Part shown: positions 40,140 to 55,190 of the stretch, piece by piece
Numbering within the stretch: the stretch's first letter is position 1
Layout: every line of letters starts with the position of its first letter
DNA from: Lama guanicoe
Lineage: Eukaryota
Direction of reading: 5' to 3'
DNA length: 64,000 nucleotides
Assembly: GCA_013239625.1 (NCBI GenBank)
Contig: MU053557.1
Location: forward strand, 3,998,123 to 4,062,122
Program-made: the position numbers and the translations under genes
Notes under the pieces: generated by a model
Told to the model about the DNA's origin: nothing
Seen by the model: only the letters and a program-made list of their open reading frames with translations
The model's database searches: none

Positions 40140-40620
40140 AGGACCCAGTGTACCTCACACAAAAGTTAATTCCAGATGGATCATAGATCCAATGTAAAAA
40201 AAAAGTTTTTGAAAGAAAAGTTAGCATGTCTTCTTGACCTTTGATAGGCAAAGATTTCTTAAACAGTGTACCAAAAAGCACTTACCACAAAGAAAAATGT
40301 TGGTAAACTGTGCTAAATTAAAATTTTTGTGTTCATCAAAGGCACTATTAAGAGTTAAAAAGCCAGGCTATAGAATGGGAGAAGCTATTTGTAATATGAT
40401 ATCAGACAAAGGGCTTGTATCCAGAATACATAAAGGACTCCTAAAATTATAAAGAAAAGGTCAGAAAACCCAATAGGAAAAGTGGGAAAATATTTTGAAT
40501 AGAAAAGACTTCACAAAAGAGGATAATTAAATGGCCAGTAAACATAAAAATGACAGATTTCACTAATCAGTAGAGAAATGCAAATTAAAACCACAGTGGG
40601 ATACACAAGCACTAAAATGA
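40140..40620 (+). mobile_element. Old L1 ORF2 fragment (L1MD/ME-like)
   Basis: Peptide remnant ISDKGLVSRIHKGLLKL; agagaaatgcaaattaaaaccacagtgggatac. Confidence 0.8.
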
Positions 40621-40649
40621 TGATGCCTAAACAAAGCATTACCATCTAA

Positions 40650-40883
<234 letters not shown>

Positions 40884-41808
40884 TAACAAAAATTGGGGGA
40901 AACATGTATATGATGTTCAATCATGCCTTGTTCAGATTTAAAATGCAAAGGAATTGTTTAGACTCACTTAGTGGTTGTCTTCCTTTATAACTGATGACCT
41001 GGTGAGCTGCACTCCGGACCCAACAAGCTCTGAAAGGGCTTGTTTTCATTAGAGAAAAGCAGTCAATTATCTGGGTGCCTGAGAATCCAACAGAAGTCTG
41101 TATTGCTGCCCTGAGTCTGTAGTCCTCTCAGGAACCATTGTCTCAACCTTTGAAAGATTTTTTGAATTGTTTTGGTTAGTGGGTGGTAATATTTGCTATT
41201 CAGAAATCAGTATTTTAAGTCAGCTTTTTAGAGTCCTGACCTTTAACATCTTTATGTTTTCAACCTATCTTTCATATCACTTTATGCCACATTTCCTGTT
41301 TTCTATATATATCAAATGTCTACCTCTGCTTGTACTTTTATGACATTTAAATTAAATAATCATTTTTAAATTTATTTTAAAAAGTGTTGCTTTCCATCAA
41401 TAGAACATTAAGAATATAAATAAAACAAAACTATATCTAAGTTTAAGTAGATAGGTATTGTTACCTACTATAGACCTATACTCTTTGTTAAAATGGGACT
41501 TAGTAGTTAGCCTAAAAATGTTGTAAAGAAATACCAGGTGCAGATTCTCACCTTGACTTAATCAGGCTTAAGAAAGTACTGGAAAGGATGTATTATTATT
41601 AAAGGATAAATCATTACTGTATAATTCATTGTTATTTATTGTAACTTTATTGTATGCCTAAGATGTACTGACACTTTATATAATATTCTTTTAAAGGAAA
41701 TAATCTCTGATACTTTTTAATGGAGGGGAGAAAAATTGTTTGCATTTGACACTTCAGTAAAATAAACTTATTTCAAAGCCTTACATTCGGAAGAATCTTT
41801 GATTTTGA

Positions 41809-42021
<213 letters not shown>

Positions 42022-45000
42022 TAGGGAACTTAATTGACAAGCTGAAACCTGAATTGGGAGGTGCCATTATTTTCTTGAGTACAAAACAACCTAAACTCTT
42101 GTTCTCACTTCCTGAAAAATTTGAACTTGAAGTGCCAGTGATTTTTTTGGTCCTGTATTGCCTCTGATTTTAGCATATTATAGAAAATGTGGTGATTAAC
42201 AGTCTGCCCCCAAAAAGATCATTATCTACTTTTGATATTGTCTCCACTTTGCTGCCCAAGTTTCTTTCCCATTCTGCTTCATTTTTTTTCACAGAATGTC
42301 ATCCTTGGTTCCATTTGTTGAATTTGATCTGCCACACTTCTTGAAGCTTTTGATGGTCCTCTCAGATGAGGTCCCATTCCCTGCCCATGCTCTTCATTTC
42401 CTTAATAAACCCGCTGGGTTCTGGATTTTCCAGATAGTGTGAGCACGTAATGGTCAGTATTCATTTAATGATGATTGCTGTTGGAAGGCTTGTTGACAGC
42501 CTTTTCTGGAATGTATTTACAATTGAGAACTCATTCCTTTGTGTTTGAATGCATGTCAATTCATTATTCAAACTTTCTTACAGCATAACATTAGTCAGAC
42601 ATGCAAAAACATTTCCACCATCAGCATGTTTTTATTTTTGCAAGAATTAGTTTCTTACCCATGTGATTTGGAACAAGTCTTTGTTAAACTCTCACTGTCA
42701 TACGAGATGGCATTTTTCCTTTGGCTCTAACTTGCATTGTAGAAGAACATAAGAAGGCTTAATTCTTCTTTGACAGTGCAGGTTAAATAATGTGACTGGT
42801 TGTCCTTTTTCATTTCTGATATATGTCACAATAATAGTTGAGTTTTCTTTTTGTTTTTGTTTTTTAGTTTGTTTCGTTTTTACTTTGTTGCAGTTGTCAT
42901 TAATATAGGTGAAGGTTTTAAAAAATCTAAGCATTACCTTCTAGCCAGTTTAACACAGCAATCATTTTTAATTTACATAGCTTTGAAAATGATCAGCTTT
43001 TTACCAACGTAACTTTAAAATGCTAAACTAGAGTAGTGATTTGATATAAAATTAATTTGTTTCATTTCAGGCTTTTCTGATTTTAAATGAGGTTGTTAAC
43101 GTTCTCTCCTGTAGTATCTTTGTAGTAACTTAAAATTATTAGATTGGTAATTAGTGTTCTTTCTACAATCTTTTTCTTTTTGTTCTTCCCAATAGCTCAA
43201 AACTCGACAAATTTTGCATTTTCAAGGTAGCCACATTTAGTTCCACTGAAAGACTGTCTTTGAGACTTATCTTTATAACCAGCTATTTCCCTATAGTTTT
43301 TCTTTGCCCTCCACACAGATTTTCAATAGAAAAACACTTTTACCTTTTGACTTCCATTATCTTATATTTTCAACATAACTTGTTTTCATAGTCTCTTTCC
43401 TATTTAATAGTCTCTTAGTTTCAATCTTTTTATAAGCCATTCTTTTCTTCATATTTGCTGCAGCTCATTCATTTCTTCTGTATATGTCTCTTCTCTGTTA
43501 CTCCAAAGACAGTCTAGGATTCTGTACCAGAGTAGGTGCCGGTGCTTCTGACAGACTATGTAGAGAGGAATGAGAGATCACTACTTACCCTCTTTCACTT
43601 TATCTCTTTCTTCTCAGTAATTTACATTTTGAAGCGTCTCTCCAGGAGGTTGGGGTGGCTCCTGGTAAAACTTGTACCAATTTTTTGTTACAAAGAGTCT
43701 GGCAAAAAAAAAAAAAAAAAGAAAATCACCTTTGTCTTCCATACATTTATGGTAAAAGTGACCATGCTAGACTGAGGAATTGGATGTGCGGGAAAGTAGG
43801 TGCTATGTATTAGGAATATAAGAAAAGTGACCAAAGGATGAATACTTAGAGAGGGGTTCTTTATTTACATAGATTTATGACCTCAGAGCTTCATGTGAAG
43901 GTGACAGGGTTGTAACACCCACTGAAAACCACAAGTTGTATAGAGTAGTCTTTAGTGCTGGGACTTTGGAGAGAGGGAGTGAGATGGAATTTTATTAATT
44001 ATGGGACCTTAGGTAAGTTATTTCCTGGGTTCAAACCACCCAAGAAAAAAGTAGGAAATGGTCTTGTCTCCATCTAACAAATGGGAAAACATGGACTTTT
44101 ATTATTACAATCTCTGACACTTAGAAATCATTCAGTAAATGGTAGCTTTTACTTTTAGCTGACCTATAGGCTAAAGAAAAAAGGAAACAAAAATGAGTCC
44201 TAGGTGATGCCATCAGGTTTTTGAGGGAGTGTAGCAATCAGGAGACCCTAAGAGCAGGAACAGAATGGTGATCTCAAAGGATTGGATGTAAGACATGGAT
44301 CTGTCATGTCAGGCTGCAGCATTTATGCCAGCAACACCCAGAGTCAGTTCAAGATCCACTTGATCATAAGGGAGAAAGCAAGTTTCGAGTCCAAAGGACA
44401 AGAAAGAAGTTTTTCCCGGGAGTCTAAAGAAAATTGCTCAGCTAAATTACAATGAATGGATTAAGGTGAAATCTCCAAGAAATGCCAGTAAATACAAAAA
44501 GAAAGGGACTATAGGAGAGAGGCTGAACTATATGGAAAGTGAAATTGGGAGTGGAAAATATGTCCAAGCTTAAAGTATAAATCCCTGTAACGTGCAGGGC
44601 AGCTTCACCAGAGCAGTAGTGTCTTCTTTGTACTTTGTGTCAGTTGATTTCAAAGACTGTGAGAGACATTTATTGGGTTCCTGCACTATGCTGGACATTG
44701 AAAATGTCACTCTTAACTAACTAGACACAGTCCCTTTTTTCCTTCAAATTTCTCATAGTTAAGTGGACCATTCTGTAGAGTGAAGGGCAGGCAGATGGCA
44801 GGGATAATGATATGAGGCAAGGGAAGGGGTATATTTCCAATGGCATAATCTAGAATGGAGAACCCTCTTTTACTAAAGCCACGCCGCAGTCTGACGAGAC
44901 AGTAGGCACTAAAGCCCAAGGGCAGAGAGAGGGGGTGTGTTTGAGCTAGAAGTCTATTTCTAGGGTTAGGTACATAGCTACTAACCAATACCTGGGTTCT

Positions 45001-45450
45001 AAAAATGAATCTGAATTCCCAAGTTTACCCTTCTCTACACATGGCCACACCCGACTCCAAAACCCTTTTCCTTATACTGTGAAAGAGTTACATTTTTAAG
45101 ATTTTATTTTTCTTTTTAAAAGCTAAAACTAAAACTTCACCATAAATGTTATGAACTGATACAATATATCCTTTAGTTTTGCTTTAAGACTTTTTGCACA
45201 TTTTCCCTTTTCTAAACAGTTGAAGATAATTTTTTCCTACTAGCTGTCCCTTGACAAAATTCTTATTTATCAAGACAAATGCTACCATTCATATAGAATA
45301 CCTAACCAAAAATTGTACCCGAACCTGAACCTGATGATGGGCAGATGACACAGCGATCATAGACAGTGATCATACTGGATGTTAAGCTAAAGAATTCGCA
45401 ACACTCCGTGACACTTAAGAATCTTTTTTTAAATCAATTTCTCTTTCCAG

Positions 45451-45621
45451 GCAGAATGGCTAATGCAGATCTGGTGAAGTATGGTTTGGCTGATGTGGTG
45501 GAAAATCCTGGTATTATCACTGATATAGGGATGAAGGCAGTCAATGAAGTTTTTTCCTGTATCAAATATCTGGCAATTTATAATTGCCCCCATCTACATA
45601 ACCCATACAATTGGATCTCAG
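45451..45621 (+). CDS. FBXO38: FBXO38 exon 10 ([12 protein letters not shown]...NPYNWIS)
   Basis: ctctttccag| ... CAG|gtactt; 171 nt. Confidence 0.97.
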
Positions 45622-47188
45622 GTACTTGTCTGCTTAAATGAAGCTATATTTTATTGACGTCAGAGTAATATTTATCTTTGTTTTCTGAGTGTGGCATGAA
45701 TTGCATTCCTAATGTAATAGGTAGATGTTTTATATGGATTGTTCATGCAAGTTCTGGGAACCTTTGATCACTGAATTAGAAATTTATTCAGTGCCTCTTT
45801 GAACTCCTGAAATTCTCTGCTTAGAAATTTATACTGTCCTGGTTGTAGATTTAACTGTCCTAATCTTTATATGTATTTCTTTGGTCCAGATACGTAAAAT
45901 TAAGGTTAGGAATTGTTGCCTGGGATATTATAGTTGTTTTCTCTGTGTTACTTTCAAATGGCGTATCATCAGAACAGACAAAGTGGTATGTATTAAAAAA
46001 AAACTTTTAATTAGGTGACATATTAAATATTAACTTGTAGTGAAATTTTCTGTTGCCCTAAAATCCTAGACTGTTTCAGATATCCCCTCCCTACCTAATC
46101 CCTTGTGTATGGAAGTGTGACTTTCGTGCACTTTGCGCGTTGTGTTTTTCCTCATGGGGGGGGGTACATTTTCCTCCCTGAGAGAATAATGCTATTTGTT
46201 TCTTTCAAGGCCTTTCTTAAATACGTAAATTCACAAATCTTTAAATAAATTCAGAGCTAGAGAATTTTCATTGTAACAACCCCTTATCAAACCAGTCCCC
46301 TTCACTGACACCTGCAGACTAGCCTCCTCAGCTCTCTGCGCCACTGCACAGGGACACCACAGCTCCTCACAAAGCCCGTCTCCAGGCCTGCCTGTCTTAG
46401 GGCTCTTGGGCCTCTGCTGAGATCACTCATTAGAAGGGTCACCCAGGAGAGGGAAGTTCTACCCCGGCCCAGCTGCACCAAAAAGTTACTGGGAAATACG
46501 AACTTGAGGTTGTAGCAGGCGTACATCGCTTTTAAAAAATAACATTTATTGGGTTTTTGGTTTGTTTGTTTTCTTAAATACAGAAGAGTATAAAGAAGAA
46601 AACAAAAACTGGCCTATAATCCCATCACTCAGAACTCCTGTTAACACTTAAAAACTAAAAGTAATACATGTACTTGGTAAACAGTATCAAACAATACAGA
46701 AAGGTACAAAATGAAAAGTCTCCTCTTCTCAAAGGTAACCACCGTCAATGGTTTCTTGGGTATTCTTCTGGGCAGGTTATTTTGTGCATATTATAGCCTG
46801 TACACATGTAGCATTTAATGATTTATGTATCCAAAGGACCTTACTATGTATACATTTTCCTATAGCTTGTGTTTCGCACTAAGGATGTTTTGGAGAGCTT
46901 TTCATGTTGCCAACCATATTAGTTCTTCATTTTCTTAATAGCTGCATTACTTTTGTATTAAATGAATGCGCTGACATTTCTTTAACTAGCAGCATGTAGG
47001 TTTTTCAGTGGATCACATTTAAATAAATACTGACTTAGTTTCAGGTTAACAATTTCCAAGCCATCTAGTTTTCACAATGACATTAGGTAAGGAAGCATTG
47101 TAATTTAGAGTCACCAAGTTTTAGAGATCATGAAATGAGAGAAAATTTACTCAAAGAAAAAGGATTTGAAAATCTTTGCGACCTATAG

Positions 47189-47413
<225 letters not shown>

Positions 47414-48296
47414 TGAGAGAGTTCTTGTTTATTTTAATACTCAAGGAAGAAAACAACAACCTAAGTAATTTTCCCCCCTATTTAGATGCCTTTATAGTAT
47501 TGTAATTGGACTTTTTACTGCCAGCTTCAGCGAAGGCATAGAGTTTATAATAATGTATGGCCTCTTGTTCTTGTAAATGAGTATTAAGCAGTCTCCAGAG
47601 AAGGGAAAGGAAAGAGTAAGTGGAAAGCTGTCTTTGTCAGTTTAATAAACTAAAGGTAAGAATGAAGGTGGAAATTTGAGCTAAAGCAAAAATTACTACT
47701 CAGAATAATTAGTTGGAAGATTAAATCTCTTAATTAGAAACCCCAAATAGAGGCAAGGATTGGGACTTTATTTTGGAAATGTTTTACTTTGCTGCTACTT
47801 TTCTATTCATTTGCAGATCTAGGGAAATCTGAGGTTGCCCGCTTGTACAAAATGTTATTTTTAAAACTGCTTACCAAATAAAACTTTATACTCTCATCAT
47901 AATAAAAACTTAATGTTTCAACTAATTGTGTTCTTTCTTGTCAGTTCTTAATGGTTACTTCCTACTGTTGAAGCGGTGCGATCTAGTGGTAGAAGCTCAG
48001 GATTTGAGGTCAGAATGCTGGTGTTCCGGTCCCAGCTGTACCACTGACTGCTCGTACACTGTTGGGCAGATCCCTTTCCACTGTGCGTGTCATCATCATC
48101 TGCAAATAAAGACTAACACTACTTTCTCTTGCTTGAAGTGTTGTGAGCGTTAAGTGAGGTCCTTTATGCATATTTGTGAAAGTAGTTCATAAAGTGCTAT
48201 ATAAATATTCTATGTAAGGAGGAAATAAAGGAATATTAAAATAAAGTGTTCTATACTAACACAAATTAATAAGCGTGTGGTTTCCTTTTGCCTTAG

Positions 48297-48524
<228 letters not shown>

Positions 48525-49399
48525 TGAGCTCCAGATAGAAATGATTTTTACTTTGGGTCATATTTCTTTGACTCTCTTCTCTTTCCTTCTTCCCCATTTC
48601 AGTTTTTCACTTTACATATTGGGGGGCCTCACTGACAAGACAGATGAGAGGGTGGTTGAAATTTGTCTATCTGCTTGCTTATTTCAAAGCTATCTTTGTG
48701 TTGCCTCTTGTCTGTAGAATCTATAAGGGTACTTAGAGAATGGGAAGGACTCATAGATGTGGTGGGAATTAGGGTACAATGAGCCTTAGAAGCCTGGCTT
48801 AACAGAGATTTAACTTTCAGGATTTGGGTAAAGGAGCATCTTTTAATATCTCTCTGACCAGTGAAGTTGAATGTGGAGATCATTTTCCAAGAACTGGAAA
48901 AATGAATACCGTCATGTGCTAGACATTGTATTGGGAACCTTTCACATATCTTCTATCCTTAAGTCTTGACAGCCACCCGGAAGATTAAATACATGAACTA
49001 ACAAAGACCTGTGGAATTTCACTTACGGAATTATGCATCCAGTTCTTTGATGTTGACTGAACACCTACTTTGTGCCAACCCATGTGTTACTAGGCTTCAT
49101 TTGCCCCTGAGTTGATATGTAAGAATGGAGTAAAACTGTTTCCTTACCAAATTTTCCAATTTCCCAGTTGACCTTTAAAAACGGGAAAAGGAATCTCTTC
49201 TAGCCACTTTTTTTTTGTTGTTATTCCTTCACCCAGTCTGGGCCGAGTAATTAGGGTGAACGCCTTTCATAATGAAAATATTCTCAGTATAGAGCCTAAT
49301 TTCCTTTAGGGTCACTCCGGGATGCAGGCCCTGAGTTAAGAATCATCCGTGGGTATTGTCTTCACTTGCTCACCTCACATGTTCTCTACAGAACTCTCC

Positions 49400-51276
49400 A
49401 TTTTGGCTCTTGGCAAAATCACCAGTGACTCTCTTACAAAAGCTGGTGGTCATTTCTCCTCTTGCATCTTCTTTAATATCTCAGCTTGTTGTCCACTTCT
49501 ATCTTCCTGAGATACTCGCTTCTCGTGGCATCTCTGAAACCATTTTCCTCCTGTCCCATTGGACACGCCTCCTCAGTTTCCTTTGCTTTTATCACATCCT
49601 GTTTTCCACTTTTGTTCTTGATCTCCTTTTTTCTCTCTACACATTTTCTCTAGATGAGCTCATTCAGCCTCAAGGCTTCAGTACCAACTATATGCTAATG
49701 AATTCTCAACCTTTATTTTTGGCTTTGATATTTCTGCTTTTTAAAATAATTGCAGTTATATCCAACTTCATACTTTTAATTTCCACATGAGTATTCTTAG
49801 ACATTTCAAATTTATGGCTCAGTCTCTCCCCACCAGATACAAAAACAAAAGTGCAGAACCAGAAGGTGCTTGAGTGAAGGAGAGGGAGCAAGGTCGGGTA
49901 TTGTTTCTTTGCCTTGATCCCTGGGTGTTGTCATAAGGATCGGGACTTCAGAGGACACAGACTATCCTTAGGAAACTGTTACAGCAGCTGCAATGCAGAA
50001 CTACCCAAATCCTATGAACTTCATCGTAGTATTTGTAAAAACAGCTCAAATCTGTTAAGGTTTATGATTATATTTGGTAACAGGATTTTTTTCAACCAAA
50101 ATAATATTTCAGCTGAACAGAACACTTAGTAAACGTTGGTATTTGATTGAAAGATAGTTTACATAGTTTCATTAATTAAAATTGTTCTGAAAAAGATGTG
50201 CTGCTCAATGATAAACTGTTTTGAAACAAAGAAAAATCAAAACCAAGAATCACTTGCACCTTCCTTAGTCCAAAGATACCACCATCTAATTTAATTATGA
50301 AAGACATCACTTGAGACATCCTTTCTTTTCTTTATAGCACCACCTGCCTGCTCTCCTCAACATCGAGTTCTTTAGCAAGTCTTGTTAACTGTCTCTAAAA
50401 GATCTCCCCAGTCCATCTACATTCTCCTCCCCATTGTACCACTTTTGTACCAGACCTTTTTTTACCTAAATGTTTTAATAGCTTTCAAATTAAAATATAC
50501 TAGGCAATGTTGCTCCCTTCCTTAAAACTTTCCAATAGCTTCCCACTGCCTTAGAAAAAAAATGCAGTTTCTTGATTTTGGCCATAAAGTGCTATATGAT
50601 CTGGCCTGTTCTCACATTTTGTTCTCCCCACCTCATACCCCATGGTTGGACGTATAAGCTGGCACCAACTGTTGCAGTAACTGCTGCCTCCATGTCCCTC
50701 CCTCCATCTTTGCATGGCTGGCTCCTTCTTGATATCTAGGTCTTAGCTTAAATGTTAATCTTAGAGATGTCTTTCCTTGCTGTTTTAATCTTTTTTCAAT
50801 TGAGGTGTAATTGATGGTGTTTGTATACATTGCAAAATGATCACAGTAAGTATAAGTGTAATTCATCACCATGTATAGTTACAAAATTTTTTTCTTATGA
50901 TGAGAAATTTTAAGATCTACTCTCTTAGCAACTTTAAAATGTGCAATACAGTATTACTATCATCACCATACAGTACATTACGTTCCCATGACGTATGTTT
51001 ATTTTACAACCAAAAACTTACACCTTTCGACTACCTTACCACTTTAACTCAAGTAGCCACCAATTCATTCTCTAATACATCACTCTTTTAATTTTATTAC
51101 ATCAGATATTACTGTCTGATGTTTTTATTATTGTTTATTAATTTTTTTTCCTTCTCCAACTGAAAGTAAGCTCATGAGAATAAAGATATTGAATGAATAT
51201 CACCACTGTTTCTTAGCACCTAGGGACAGTAACACATTATAGTAGATACTAAATAAATATTTGAATGAATGAATGC
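49400..51276 (+). mobile_element. L2 element interrupted by two insertions (~49845-50250 and ~50785-51070)
   Basis: Colinear L2 motifs ending in tgaatgaatgaatg at ~51262-51275. Confidence 0.75.
50785..51072 (-). mobile_element. L1 3' end (L1MA9-like) nested in the L2
   Basis: ttaagatctactctcttagcaacttt...caatacagtatt motif. Confidence 0.75.
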
Positions 51277-53439
51277 AACTAAAGAAGTTAAGTTTAAAAT
51301 AACCTTGGGTATCACATTAAATACTTCCACAGGTTATTGTGGCAACCTAAAAAGCAGTTGTTTGGTGGCTTTGGAAAACCTTATTACATAGACACAAGAA
51401 TGTACCTCTTTTCCAGTGGTTACCCCTGCCTGTGAGAAGCAATTATAAGCTTTTTAGCAAGGCTTTATAACTTTTTCACAGTCTGGGGCCCAGGCTGCCT
51501 TTTTAGGCTTCTTTTCTCTTTCATACACTCATCTCAACATAAACACTAGTTCTTTTTATCACTGTACTGCTTACTCTTCTGGAAAATGTAATGTGCTTCC
51601 TGGTAAATATGAAATGTCACCTCATCTCAGTGAAATCTTCCCCGTCCAACAGGAGAATTAGCTGCTGCTTTTTAGTCCACGTTTCCCTTGTACTGTTCTA
51701 GCCTTAATAAGTATATTCTGACCTTACTCTGTATGTCTGACATTTCTGCTAGAATGTGTGCGTTCTCTTTGACAGCAGGGACTATAAATTTTCCATCTAT
51801 TTATTATCCTTGTATTATAGCAGGCTGTGGAAACAGACCTCAGTTAAAATCCCAGCAGACTACCAACCCTTCTGTGCCTCAGTTTCCTCAACTGCAAAAA
51901 TAATGCTACTAATAATACCCTCATAAGGCTGCTGTGAGAGACAAATATGACCATGTATATAAAAGCATTTAGGATGGAGCCTAACATAGACTATGTACAC
52001 ATTAATTACTAACCACTGTTCATAATTGTTCATGAAAACTGAATGAAAGAAGAAAACTGGCTTTTATGATGGAATGTTTCTCAGCAAGGTCAGTTCTTGT
52101 TTTGGTCCTAAATGAAGTGTAGATATTGAGGGCTAGCATTGGGCAAGAATTTGGGATCAGAAACTGAACATAAGTGGGAATGTGCTGTTGTGTATATTTA
52201 AGACCAAAGCAAAACCACACTGTCCCTCTGAAATCACAGACCTCTCTGCTTTATATTCCAGTGGCATTTATGTGAATGGTGTCTTGCTGGCTTACTCATA
52301 TTTTACCTTGTTTCTTTGTTGACTCTATGAATTTGTCTTGTCGCCTTGAATAGATGCTTTAGTTCTTTCAGGAACAGGATCTTCTTTTCTTTTGGGTTGA
52401 TTTATTCATTTCATTCAAACGATGGTTTGGTTGATTTCATAGCAGTAGTGTTGAGCACCCCTGGGTGATGAGGATACAGTGGTGCACAGGATAGAGACAG
52501 TCTGCTGCCCTCTGGGTGGTGGCCAAGCTATAAATGTAAACGGCAGTATCATTATTCTTCTGACTCAAACTGAGACCAGGCACCCAGGCTTAGGTGTAGG
52601 TAGCAAAAGGGTAGTGGGTTGACTGCCTTGAATACTGACTTGAGGGATTTGGATTTAATATTGTAAAAAGCTGACAAAGCCAGGAATTATTATGTTTATG
52701 ATCCTCTTAGAAAATTGACTATTTTATCTTAAGAAGATATAGTAAACTGATTGAAGCTTATTGGTCTAAAATTGTTTACTGTGCTTATCATTTGGAAAAA
52801 TATAAATGAAACCACATTCCCACCCACTAATAGGCACTGGTAACCCTAGTGAAGACTTAGTTGCAAATAAAGCATTTAAGCAATATTGAAATGTTAAAAA
52901 TGTACTTAGTGTGTTTAATAATCCTTGCCACACATTAACCAAAAATGATCCATAGTCTCTAGAGAACAGGAAAAGAAATACATAGTCTGAGCTCCCCTGC
53001 CCAGGGCATCCTGGTTTAGCTAGCAGATACCACAGGACTAATTACCTGTAAGATGATCATCAGGTCCTCTCGTAGCTGGCTTTCACTGCCTTCAAACAGA
53101 TAGCTTAGAGGGAGACAAACAGTTGCCTCACACAGCCGTCCGTGGTAGCATCGTCCGGAATGAGCACGTGCTTTCTTCTCTCAGCTGTGTGCCTTTCTCC
53201 CTGCTTCCATCTTACAGTGGCAGACTGTCTCCTTTCCCATCTGTGATCTGCCCTTGTATAGAACTGTACACTTCTCGTTGGTGTCAATATAATGAAGCAC
53301 TACTATGTACTATTCTTTCAGAACGGGCCAAATAATCACGAGGCTGTTCTCTTCTCAGGGGTGCCACGGTTTTGCCTGCCATTCTGGATTTCTTAGACCT
53401 CTCCTGGTTTTACTTTGTCTGTGATTGTTTTTGTTTAAG

Positions 53440-53556
53440 CACTGAATGAGATGGAAGACATGGTGCAAGAAGATGGAGAGGTGGCTGAGAGTGGACATGA
53501 GACTTCAGCTCACAGTCAGGCAGTTATTCCTGTGGACGTTGATGAGGAACAAGCAG
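53440..53556 (+). CDS. FBXO38: FBXO38 exon 13 ([18 protein letters not shown]...DEEQA)
   Basis: ttgtttaag| ... CAG|gtaatc; 117 nt; phase 1-1. Confidence 0.94.
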
Positions 53557-54890
53557 GTAATCATGTGACTTCCCACAGTCACGGTTCTGAGAACCAGAGG
53601 CTGAATGATGAAAAAAAGTGAAACCCTGAGAATGATTATTTTCTTGACACTGCAGCTAATTATGTGTTATATGCTGTTTATTATTGACAAAGTCTGTGTT
53701 ACATTGTGATGTTCTTGGTGCGTGTATGTGTGTCTTATTAGATTTTGTTTTTGATTTTTTGATAACTGGCCGCAGCTCCTCTTTCTGTACTAATGTGCAT
53801 ATTTGTGTGTATGTGTGTAGAGAAAGAAAGCACTCAGATTATTGATGGGAAAATAAATGACCTGATTAAATATTCTGCTTGTTTTCTCCTTTCATTTTGG
53901 TAGGGAGGAGGAGGAGAAGTGGAGAGGTTGACTTGGTGTGATAAACAGACTAAGATCTAGTCTCTTGGGTCACTTATGGCAGGCTGTAGAGTCATATTGC
54001 CTGTAAAGATTACCAAATAAAACCCTTCAATTTACAGATGGGGAAACTAACATTCTTTCAAAAGTTTGAAGGTTTACTCAAGACCATTCAATCTATGATC
54101 AAGGGACAGAATTAAGATTAGAACTCAAGTTTTCTCACTCTTGGTCTGTTCAAACGCCACTTTGTCTTGTTTAACTACCCTTGTTTTCAGTGTCTTACAG
54201 CTGCAGTCACTTATTCAACAAGTACTTATTGAGTGCCTGCCTGCTCTGTGCCAAGCATTGTACAGTGTGACAGGAAAAAGGGAAGGTTCCTTGGAGCTTA
54301 CATTTTATTGATGGAGCAGCTATCAGTCACTTGTCAGAGAAAAGTGGGTCTAAGAGCTGAAGGTTTACAATGTGTAATGCCAAGCAGATAACACTTTTTT
54401 TTTACATAAATATAAAAAATAAGCAAACTAACGTGCATCTAGCCTTTCAAGAATGCATCTGCAACACCCAATGTGATAGACCTATACTTAGTTAAAGAAT
54501 GCAAAGTTCTCAGCAGTCCCATGGGTGTCAGAGGGTCATCTTGATCTGCTCTACTTTCATTCATATATTTGCATAATTAGGAAAATATCTAGCCTATTTT
54601 TAAATGCTCATTATGACTGTTATTAATGTGCGATGATTCATGTGATTCTAAATAGTGAAGATCCTGAAGGGGGCTGCCACTTGCTCTTCCACTTTAATTT
54701 CTCTTTAGAAATTTGTAACATTGGATGGTAATATTAATCATACTAAATATTTACGTAATGCTTTAGAGTTAAAGTGCTTTCACAGTGTCTCATCCAAGTA
54801 TATGTTTATTAAAATGAGTGATCAGGGAGGCAACATAGAGCCAGAGCATCTCTGTGAGCTCAGATCCCTGGAAAACAGTACTACGGCTGA

Positions 54891-55190
<300 letters not shown>

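Noticed and set aside
49356..49790. 144-aa Leu/Ser/Phe-rich ORF
   Set aside because: It is pyrimidine-rich L2 sequence with a non-ATG start.
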